A DNA stretch of 64,000 bases, taken from assembly GCA_040954595.2 (NCBI GenBank), contig CM082596.2, forward strand, positions 3,899,025 through 3,963,024. The letters run 5' to 3'. Position numbers and translations under genes: made by a program. The DNA comes from Balanoglossus misakiensis. Lineage: Eukaryota > Animalia > Hemichordata. The stretch's first letter is position 1, and each line of letters starts with the position of its first letter. This document shows, one piece after another, positions 14,001 to 26,000 of the stretch. A model generated the notes under the pieces. It saw nothing but the letters and a program-made list of their open reading frames with translations. It was not told the origin of the DNA and searched no databases.

Positions 14001-17000
14001 CGAGTTAGTGCATTTTAGTCACCACATTTTAAAATTAAATATGCACTGACAGTTGTGCAACGTGACTTTTGTGCCAACTGTTCTGACAGGAGTGGCTAAG
14101 AAGAGACTTTACAAAATGTGACTTGAATGAGTTGGACGATGACCTGAATAATGTCGTGAAAGGTCATTGGATGGGGTCACAGAACCTTGATGTATCTGTT
14201 TATAGTAGGGTATGGGCTCTGTAATAACAGAATGAAACTGAATGAAACTTATTTTGAAATCCACCTAGCATGAAGTTTCATGGAGGGTAACCAACATATT
14301 TATCAAGTGAAGCCTTTTTAACAAGGATGTATTCTTACGATGCAGTTGGTGCATTATAAAAGAACCTGATATCCATTACATCTGGAAATGGACAAGTGAA
14401 AACATAATCCAATAACCGAACCATGAGAATGAAATGTGTTCATCACAACATTTGTAACAACTGTGCCTCACGTTTCTGGCCGCAACACTACATGGTTTAT
14501 TTATACGCAGCTGTGGAAGACTGCATTCCTCACATAGCGAGTTGACATCAATATTTTATAGTGGTTAGAATGTGATCCCCAGTGACCATGACACTGTTGA
14601 TCTTCAAAACAGAGAAATGGTATCAGAGAAGCCTTCTTCTAATCCTCATTGCCACCACTTTCGTGATGTCAAACTATCTCCAACTTTCTAGACGCCATGA
14701 AATATTAGCTAGTACGGTAATTGTATCTACTTGTAACCCAGTCTTAGCTCTACCAGAAATAAAAATGTATTTTTGGCAGACAAGAAAAGTATATGCAACT
14801 CTCCACAGCTACAGTGGAAAGAAATGTAACACGAGAGTGTACAAAAACAGACATGACAACACAAAACAGTACATAGACAATACACCCATTGCGAATCTCG
14901 CATATGCGTGCGCAATGTTGACTGTATACCAGAAGTGCAGTTCTTGGAAAAAAGTTGTTCCCGAAAAACTACTCTGTTTTGTGGGGTTTTTTTTGACAAC
15001 TACATTTAAAAGATCAGGAAACTATAACATCCAAGAAATACTATTTAAACACTGTGAGTTGTATGATTCGCAATGGGTGTACAGTGGTGGTTGCAGTGCC
15101 CTAACCTGATGTTAATGATGTGAAGTCCCTCAGGTTTCCAGTGTTGGTGTCTTTGACGAGTTCAAAACAATCTGTTATTTCCCCAAGTCAGAGTCCATAT
15201 CCGCGAATTCCCTGTTAAACATGATGTGGCACACACACAAGTCCCTCAGGTACAAAAGTTCCTCCCTGGTGGAATCACGCTGTTTGACGTTTCGCAAAAA
15301 CTGTTCAGTCGAAGTCGATCATCCAAGCATGCATGGCTACAATATCAGTCTCGCCCCGAATCATTTGTGAAATCTTTTTACATGTTATAGGAGTTCCCCA
15401 GGTGCACTGCTCTGTACAGCTAATTAGTCATGGTAATATATTCATAGCCATTGTTAGCCATGCTCCACTGTCTATTGTTACAGTTTGTGACCCCAATACA
15501 TGTATTCATAAGTGGTGAGCCAGCCATGGCAGTAGATTATGTAATTGGGCATGGAACAGTCCATTTTGTCAGTGTCCACTGATTTTGTTGTTAGTCCTGG
15601 AACAGTCCATTCCATTAATATCGTTTACCTGTCTATCTAACCACCTTACTTAAATACACACTAGGCTACATCCACCACAGCACACATAGATGAGATGACA
15701 GGAGATATAACACACAGATTAGCAATGCAGACACTTTGTGACAGTCGGCTTGTAGAAAACTAGTCGTGGAAAGTAAGAAAGGTGACAGGCCTGAATTATT
15801 ATCTAATTACCCAACTAATGAAATATCTGAAAATAAATGGTTTCTCATAAATTTTCCCATTTTTCTTCTCTGATTAGTTTCCCCAGGGATTGGACGTGGA
15901 GAGAGATTGTGTAATTCTGCTGGTGTTTCTATGATGGGAGGCATAAATAATGCATTCCTAGTTGGTTAAGTTTTTATTGTGATAATGCATAACTTCACAT
16001 CCACAAAGTCATAAAATTAAGTACATACACACATCACAGTGCTCATCAAAAACTTGGTACCAACTGAAATGTTGGCAGAGAAAATGGTTCCTAACATGAA
16101 AATTAAAAAAAAAAATATTAGAGTGTTCATCTTTTTGAGATCATATTTTGAACCAGTATACAAATCTACCCAAGTAATGTTAACAAAGTTCTTGACGTGC
16201 TTTCAAAGATGTTAACTAGAGTTGAAACTCCAATTACCAATCGGTCTGAATGCCTGAAATGTCATCAGGAGGATAAGAATCCTCTCTGATGTAATTTCTT
16301 CCTCCAGACATGTGAAATGTTATCAAGATGACTGCCAGGCATTTCCTTGTGATGTAATTACAAAAATGTGGAGTGTTTGCAAGACAAAATGCCAGAGATA
16401 TACATTTGTACATGTATATTTGAAGTCATGGTGTTGACCTTTGTCCTGCATTTGCACTTTGACATTATATAAAAAAAGGCAGCAGTGTGTCTACATATCA
16501 TATAATCCATGTTGTGTGGATTAGAAGGCATGTTAGGTCATCAGAGCCTCGATGGCTTGATGGCATTTTCAAGGGTGCCTGCACGCCAACCCAGCTATGC
16601 AAAGTTTCAACTACATGTATTATAGTCGTCATTAGTTGTAAGTGAAAAGGTTACAGCGTATTTCTCCCATACAGCAAGCTATGGATCAAGATAATATAAT
16701 ATTTCATAGTGTGATACGTGCTGTGTTCTGGTAATAGACATATTTCTTGTTTAACCCGTGACTCAATACACTTATGAGAGATCATATCTTTATAGGATTG
16801 TCTTTCAAATGTCTTTCCCATACATACAGGGTCAAAAATGTCATTTATTTAGCACCCCAGAAAAAATATAAACCATTATATGATCAGCATGATTTTCAAC
16901 ACTAAATTGGAAGATTATAAATTTCTACAGATATAATCATTAAAAAGTGATAATCATCATGGCTGTATTCACTAAATCAAGAGCAAAGAAAGATTTATTG

Positions 17001-20000
17001 TATATAATGACCTCGCCGATAATTGTTATATGATACGTCATTGTAAATGTCACCTTGGTGTCATTTTAAGACTAATGAAACTCATTCACTACGGGTGTGA
17101 AAACCCTGATGAGTTATGTCTCCTTTCCAAATAGACCCTGTCATGTGATCTAAACAGAGCTGGAAAGTGAGGTTCACATTGGACAGTTTAGGTCGACCCT
17201 GGGCAGCTGTAGGTTTTAATTATAGTTGGCTCGAAATAATCAGTGTGGACACTATATGTTGGACCAGATCGGGACAAATTTGGTAATGTAATGTGAACAA
17301 CACTATGTTCAGCTCTGAGACAAGACTCATTTTTCACATACAATGTAAATATTGAAAGTAAAGAACAGTGTATAAGGCATCGTTTTGTGGCTTTCCCATC
17401 ATGTCCCTGCATTGTTGAGGCTAATGATTTCAAAAATCGAGGAAAAGTACATCTCAAAAAAACCCAACCCAAATAGCGATTGTCTGACTCAAGACATACC
17501 CTAAACTCTTTCCAGATAAACCCAGACAGATGTCTGTCGTCAGATTTATCAGAAGCGTGTAAATATTTAGCTGTAAAATTCATATTTGAAATGCATAGTT
17601 ACAGTACTATTTCTGTATGAGTGGGTGGGTGTACGGTATATATCATGGCAAACAGAATCAAAAGGTTTTTGGCTCCTCAGTGTCTATATTTTCTCAGTGG
17701 AAGGCATAGATGGTTGTTGATCTGACTAAACTAGTGAGAATGATGAACGGCATACATCATTAAGCAAAGACTCTGGCAATTGGCCATGCTACCTAGGCGT
17801 ACCATGTACATGAAAAGATTTTATTTCACCACGAAATGATGTGTGTGCGTTCTGGTGTGGGGATAGGGGGCTATGGTTGTTTACAGCGCTAAAAGAGCGA
17901 GGCCCATGTTATATTGGGTTCACAGAACTCACATCATGAAGACTGATAATACATGTGTGCTGATTGATGTGGTGTATGGTCTTGCAATATCCTGTTAGTT
18001 TGATGGGTACCGTGAGATATTATTGATGTGGTCTATGGCAAACATGTCAGGATTACTTGGTGTGCAGTGACCTACAATGTTCCTTCAAGGTAATGTTGAC
18101 CTCTTTACCCAGGGTAAACTTTGAGATGCCAGGGGGGTCAAAACAAAAATGGAGGAAAGTATCCCGGACCAATTAGTGGAGTTCCTGAGGACAACACCTG
18201 GCTTGGGAGATCTTGAAAACCAAGGTTGTGTGTGACTTCAATATTAGCCTTGAGGAGATGGTATCAGTAATGTGACAGATGTAATCTGTGCATTCCATTA
18301 CTATAATAGAAGAATTTGTTTGCTCGAAAATGACCAGTTCTTGTTTTATATCAGTATTTGTTTTACTTCTTTATAACATTTCAAGTGCATCCCACTTGAG
18401 TTAAGCCATGTGATCTTGACAAGTAAATGTCTCAGTCTTGAACAGAGATACGCCTATTAGTATTAACATCTCATTATCATTTGTGTGAAACTGCTCAATA
18501 ATTGTGAGTTGGGAATATGTGAATTTTGGCACAGCTTGGGCCTGAGACTCCTCCAGCCCTTCCCCAAAGCTTTCCTTTCGGTGCGATAATTTTCTCTAGC
18601 TTTATCACCCACCGGTCTTCTTTAGTGGGCAGGACATTTCCCTGTACAACAGTGGAACAGCTAGCTGTGTAGTAAATGTATTGATGTCTTGGCGCCCTGC
18701 ATCACGTTTGGTTGTTTGTCCCCTTGGTCTATCTGTATTCATCACACCTAAGAGTGAAGGTCACCACGGCAGACAGCAGACATTCTGCGAAAATAAAGTG
18801 GCTCATTTCAGTGTCTCTACTTTATTGTTGTCAAATCTACGTGTCTTTCACAGCGTGATGTGACCTCTGTACAGAAAAAATGGTGTGAAATCTTGAAGGA
18901 GTTCCTGTAAAATGAGAGCTGTTTGGTTTTAGGGAAGGGCTGGAGGAAGTGTTTGTGAGATAAAAAGAAGTGTGGCCAACAAAGCAGCAGGTCTTTAGTT
19001 TGAATCAATTTCCTTTCTTTTCCTCCTATAAGGGTAAAAAAGACATATTTTGTAAATTTTCAATATTTATGTCATTCAGTTTATTTCATCCTTACATGGT
19101 TTCTTCCCGTTCATCCTTGACTCAAGGAACTGAAATACACCAGGGAGATGAAATAAAAACATTGTCTCTTTTACAGACCTTCGGTTTATTGTCAGACCTT
19201 GGGTTTACTGTCAACAGTTGCTTGTACCAACATTGCTGTGCTTCAGCCATTAATTTGACAAAAGGAATTTAGGAGCCATTTTGTTTTTTGTCCACTGGCC
19301 ATGTACTAATGAACATGCCCCGTGGGTGTGTATGGTGACACATTGGAATACTTAGACATAGCTTAGAATCCAAGACACTGAAATGTGTCAAATTTTTGTT
19401 GCCAGACAAGAAAAATAACTTCACTGAAGAAATATGGTTGCATATTCGAATACAGGATGTAATCATGCCCTCTTAGCAAATATGTTATGTTACCGACTCA
19501 AAAAAAATTCACAGATGATGCACGAAAAATATCCATATTATATATGTTTTAACTGATACAAAGAAATTACTAGAAATTCTAAAATTGACTGGCAAGTTTG
19601 AAACAGGCATGGTTATTAGGGGCACAGTGGACAACTTTAAGTCGTGTTACCATATCTACAGTCAAGAGTTAATCTGATAATACAAATGAATGATAATGTA
19701 TACCAGGAGATGCATTTAATATGGAAGAAGGAAAGATTGTGCCACTTCCTAGGAAAGGTCAAAGACTGTGAGGCAAGCACAGAGGAGAGTTTAGTCTGTG
19801 GTTTCTCACTATAAAACGAAATGAGAGCAAGTGTTGTTTTATTGGCATTGCAGTTGACATTATAAGACAGACCTCAAGATGACAACCAAGCCAAACGGCC
19901 CCAGTTGCTGTCCCTCCCAATGCATCATGGGAAACGGAATACATGTATACATCATGTAATTCCCATATTTAATGCATTGATATGTGTACTTGTTGAAACA

Positions 20001-23000
20001 TTGTTTTATGTACATATATGTGTTTCATTGTGGCCACATTTTTGGACCCTAAAAGGTCACTGAGGTCAGAGAGATGCTGTGTGGGTAATCTGATCTGTCA
20101 AATCATCACCCTGACTAAGCTTACACTTGAATGGTTGGTCTGGTGTAGGTTTCAGACACTGTTGGTGATTTATTACCTCGTGCAAGGAAAGAAATGACAA
20201 TCATCCGAATCATCTTGTCGCTATATCCATACACAGTCAATAAATAGAAAAGGGGATTTCTCTCTCTCTCTCTCTCTGTTTTCAAATTGCTCCTAAATAT
20301 TCTGCTTTTACCTATAAAAATGTTGCCTTTAGTAACAGAATGAAACCAGCTGAATGTGTTAACTTTGAGCCCCGCATCTGACAATACTTGTCTTGTTTAT
20401 TTCATTCCAGTTTGTCCTGGAGTTCCTATAAATCAAGACTCTAGAGATTATGGTGCCATAACTGAAGAAAACATTGAATGCTTCAAAAATTGCACAGTTA
20501 TTAATGGAAGTATTGTGATAACAGCATCTACCTATGATGGGTAAGTTTTACTTGAAATGCGATTTGAAGAGCTCCCTCACACAAGATGCTTGAAGTTTCC
20601 AATGCAGTATTGAGTGATGAGTAGACAGCCATATGTGCTGTTGCCTGGTTGGTCAATAGGTGTATATTGTACAGCCTGAGCAACACACACACACCCAATC
20701 TATATAGGTAACAGAGTAGGACCAGTTGCATTCAAGGGTTTCTTTTTCTTTCTTTTAGTGATCCCTTTAGAGGTCTTATAGGACTGGAAGCTGATCAGAT
20801 AGCAAATCTCAAGACAATCAGAGTAGTCACTGGTTTTGTTTCAGTGAAGCATTCTGCGGCGTACCAAGATGACCTGGCAATCTTTGAAAATTTGGAGGTA
20901 ATTCAAGGAAATGAGCTCTACAGGTGAGAAATGTAAGGTTTTGATTGTGTATGGGATATGAGCCTATGTGTCATCAAGTGTGCTGTGATTCTGTACACAC
21001 ACATGTAGATAATTAGTATACATGTAGTGGTACCATTTCATGCTTTAAGACACTTGCAAGCGCCTCTTGTAATGCCGAGTTTGTACTTCTGTGGCTAGAC
21101 ACAATCTTACACTGCAGTGTGGCTTTAACCAAGCTCTTGCTTTTTTTGAGTAATCTATGATTGGTTTAATCATGCATTTTTATGGCTAAGTTGGCGAAGT
21201 TTCCATGCTCTTGCTAAGCTCTATTTCAAACTTTTTGAAACTAAAAGTGTTATCATCTCGGTATTACATCAGAACTGTTGCACTGTGCAATACTGATTCA
21301 CAAATGCAAACGAACCCATGGTTTCTGAATGTACGCATGTACATGTGTATATGTATGTATGTTACTGTTAGATTGCTGACAGAAAGATGCATAAGATGCT
21401 TCACATTCTCAAAAGTATTGTAGACTAGAAAAGTACAGAAGATGGGAAAAGTAATTTGCTTAAACTTTATATATAATTTTATGTGGTGTAAATAAGTTTA
21501 GTAATAATTCAGAGGTATGCATACAATGTAAATACATGCAATTCAAACCGTGTAGTTTGTAGATTATCAGTCTGACTTTATCCGCATATTGCTTTCATTG
21601 TCACTTGGTGTTGTTCTGTCACTCACTTCTCTCTCGGCTCAAGCCAATTTGCAAACATCTTTGATGTTTCTATGCCTTAAGATGGGTGGTATGTCTCTGC
21701 CTACCAATGCTGGTACCCACAGCAATGCCCCTAGCAACAGAGGTGTGCCCTTAATAACTGCCCTGCATGAACATGTACTTATAATTTCCCTTTTGCTCTG
21801 CCTGTAACACTTATAATTACTCACTAATTTGCTAATTAACCTTGGTTTTCTGTTATCCACACGACACCCTGCCTTTAGAAGTGGTTAGAACCCCTTGTCA
21901 AGTTGAAAAGCCTGAGCACGCTGCACGTATATGTTATTTTTTTAAATATTAGAAGTTATGATTATATTTTGTTTATATACTCTTTGAAATAAAGGTGTGA
22001 TGAGCTGAGCAAAAGCCTTAGCGATCCTAATGACAAGGCCGAAGTTTGTGAGATGTCACCACGGTCAGTTAAAAATTTTTCAACGTTTGTTAAAATGGTT
22101 GCGTTGTCGTGTTGACATGCAACTAACATGCATGGCCATCCTTCAAAGTTTCATTCCCTTGTTAAGTCAAAACTAGATGCTGCATTATAGAAACAAAGCT
22201 TCATTTTCCTTTCATTATAAGTTGCTAGGAAATAGGCAGGAATGTTTGGGCCGAAGTCATCAAACCAAATTGTCGTTTTCCATCTCTGTCTGTCAAGGCA
22301 AGAATGACTTCTTTGCAAACTTTCTGACCTATTTTTCAATGCTCCCCAGCTTTCATAGCGATAAATAGTGTCCACAGTTCTGTAAGTCTGAGACCATCCC
22401 CATTCATTTCTGAACAGTCTAGGTTTACTGTTCTATAGCGAATTGCTAAGATCATGGACACATCTCGAGTAAAATTGCTTCAAAATACTCCATTGCCAGT
22501 TGTCAAATTAGACTGTCATGAAGTAATCTTCTAGTATTTCATCAACACATCTGTCATATTCACTCAAGTCTGTTATTAAATACTGTCACTTGGGTTTAAG
22601 GTTATTCAAACTAACCTCAGTTGAAAAATACTCCTCTTTGAATTCATTCTGTGGCAGCTTTCTCGATGTATAGTTACTGAATAACAGATGTCTTATTTCA
22701 GAGGGTATGCTCTAACCGTACAAGACACAACTGTGACATCCCTTGGTCTGGTTTCACTGCGAGAAATCAGTGATGGAAGTGTCTTCATCCGGAAGAATCC
22801 TAAGATGTGTTATGTCTCCCCAGATATGTTTAGTACTGTCCTTCAAGATACAGAAACTCAAAAAGTTTCAATACGAAGGAATAAAGATACAACAGACTGC
22901 AGTGAGTAGAACAGCTATTCTGAATAAAAAATAAATAAACAACAAGTAGTTGTCGTTGTTTGGCTATTGCTGTTATGATTGTCATCATATATGCTTACCT

Positions 23001-26000
23001 TTGGACTTTTCTCTGCTGTTGCAAATACAAGATAAACTGTACCAGTTCTCCACACATCTGTATGGAACAACAACTTGTTGTTATTTATTTATTTAGGCGA
23101 AGAAGTGACATGGTCATGAATTATTCTTTTTACACATGACTATGATTTATTGGATTTTTCAAGGAAGAATATATTAAGTATTCATGTCCTCTTTGACATG
23201 TCATAATATTAAATGTGTATATATTGCAATTTACAGGTGACGAAGGTTCTGTTTGCCACGAACAGTGTACGGATATTGGATGTTGGGGACCAGGTGCCGA
23301 TATGTGTGTAGAATGTAGTAACTACATCCTGGGAAAAAGATGTGTTGAAGAGTGTGACATCAACAATGGGTAAGATTTCTCCCCGTTATTGCAAACCAAA
23401 TTTAGTCAGTGCGAAACCAAATTTAGGCGATAAACTCTATAACACACTTGAACATCCTAATTCTGATCAAATAGGAGCAGTGTTCTTGATTCCATGTTTT
23501 ATTCTGTTAATACTAATTGCAGTTTATTTTGTGATTTTGATTAGGCAATATGTAAGCTCAGAGACTGACAAGGAATGCGGTCTCTGCGATTCACAGTGTA
23601 ACGGGTCATGCAATGGTCCAGTAAGTATCCATGGTTAATCTTCAAAGTTGATGGAATTTAAGATAATGGTTCATTTTGATATATATTTCAGTATGCATAA
23701 CTTGTTTTAGACACACAGGACTTACTTTGTCTCTGATACTGTTCTTCCTTGAACAGGGAGCATCAAACTGTACTTCATGTAGAAATATGCAAGACGGTCC
23801 AATGTGTATGGAAGAGTGTCCAATAACAAAGTATCCAGATGGAAATTCTGTGTGTCAAGATTGCCATGAAAATTGTAGATTAGAAGGTGAAAATCCTGGG
23901 TAAGTTGAAAGTCTAAATTTATCTGATTATTGATAATTTATATGTACTTCTGAGAACTTATTACCAATTTAGCTTCATGCAAACTGGCTTTTAGAATTTA
24001 TCTGATCACAATTTGTGTCATGTATTGTTTCTATAGGTGCACAGGTCCACTTCGAATTTTTGGTCAAGGTGGATGCAAATCGTGTCGTCAAGTGCTCATC
24101 AATGCCAGCAATCCAGATGTAGTAAGTCTTTACTAAACTACTCATAGAAATTAAAACAGTACTGACTGACAAATGATGAGATAGAAATCCTTACCAATCA
24201 TCCCTTGCTGTGTATTTCACCTTTGTAAATGGAATATAGTCTTCTTTTAAAAACATCTCTGTATGGTTCTGTGAACAGATTAGCCTGGGTTTGTATTATA
24301 TAAGTTAAGTTTATCATATATCTTTCATGATATTTTTACAGCTTTGTATGAATACTAATGATGGCTGCCCAGAAAGGTACTTTGGGAAAGTCCACCTGGT
24401 TGATCAATACAAGAATTCATTGGTAAGTTATTTATCTTTCTCTAGAGTAATTGTGTATCAATCATGCTTTCTTGTTTGGCCTCTGAGGCATGGTTGAGTG
24501 CTTAGTGTTAATCTTCTAAACGTAGCCCACATGGACTTGAATATAGTTGTTAACAATAACAAAGATCGACACATACATGTACTTGTGAGTTACTGGCAAG
24601 CAGAATACTGGTTGTGTTGGGCCAGAAGTTACAGATAGTAGCCCTTTAAGCAATGAACCTTGGGTTTAAATCGTAATTTGTGATATTTATTTCAGGTCTG
24701 TAGCTCATGCGATGCGGAATGTCTGTCATGTAGAGATGGTGGCAATGACAACTGTACAGAGTGCCTTAACTACCGGCAAGGAAGGTTTTGTGTTCCTCGG
24801 TGTTCACCTAACTTTTATGCGGACGAAGATAACATCTGTCAAAAATGCAATGGAGAATGCCTTGACGGTTGCTATGGTGACAGTCCGGCTCAGTGTAATG
24901 AGTGCAAGAATTATGAAATTCCACTGGATCTGGAAAACGCTGAAGTATCGGTGAGTGTAATTTAGAAAAGTAAATGGTAGATGAAGATTTATAGGAATAT
25001 TGTCAGCTTTTTGAGTGACTCCATAGTCTCAAAATGTCTAAAGTCGAAGTAGTCTATAGTGGCCAGTCAAGTGACTTTCCTAAACTGGCCTTTATAGACA
25101 GGTGATCTTTGTAGAGAGGTCAATCAATGTATATGTTAACTGTACAGGAACCGTAACAAAGTGGCCACTATATAGAGGTGGCCACTATATGAAGGTGACC
25201 ACCACTAAACAGGTTTGACTGTATATTGTATTGTCGTCTTCCAGGTTTGTGTGTCGGAGTGCCCGGCTGACAAGCCATACATCATGGATGGTAAAGTGTG
25301 CGTCAGCAACTGCACTGGAAATACCTATGTCAATGAAGACAACCACTGTATGCCATGTCATGAACAGTGCCAGGATGGCTGTCTGGATGAGACTGTGAGA
25401 AGCTGTATACGATGCAAGCATTACAACTCGTTACAAGGTTGTGTGGATTTTTGCCCGTCAAATCGTACTGAAAACGGAAGATGCATGATCATAGGAGACC
25501 CACCACAAGATTCTAGGTATGATTTGAATTGTAATCGACTGTAAAACTTTCAACAGATGCTTCGAAAGTCATTTAGGAATATGTTTAAATCTGGAATTTT
25601 ATTGTACATGTGTTATGCCAACTTTGCAGTGATGAAACAAGGCATTGTGCTCTGTTTAACCATCGCTTGCATACATTAATAGAGGGTCTTAGCCAATCAC
25701 GACACTGTATCTGTGGCACTGTTGCACTGATATAATGTAGTATAAAATACACCCTGATAATACTATAGTTCTTCCTCTTTTACTTAACAGTGTTGAAGTC
25801 ATAGTTGGTTGTGTAGTGGCTATTTTAGGTGTTGGTATTATTGTCCTGCTTGTCGTCGTTTACTACTTGAGAAAACGACATATGGAAGAGAAGACAAGAA
25901 GATACATGGAGGAGGAATATGTAAGTGTTTGTCAGTTGTGATGTGAGGGGGAGGAGTCCTATTGTTAGAGGAGAATTTTAGGCTGTGAATGTTGCTCGGC

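Noticed and set aside
14582-15109. 175-aa ORF in A intron 1
   Set aside because: GTG start, no recognisable domain, composition like non-coding AT-rich DNA.
8065-20410. Missing L1/CR1 exons of A hidden in the long first intron
   Set aside because: Exon 1 is already the homolog of the last CR1 exon, so such exons would have to lie upstream of it. No EGFR-like peptide was seen here; a tBLASTn would confirm.
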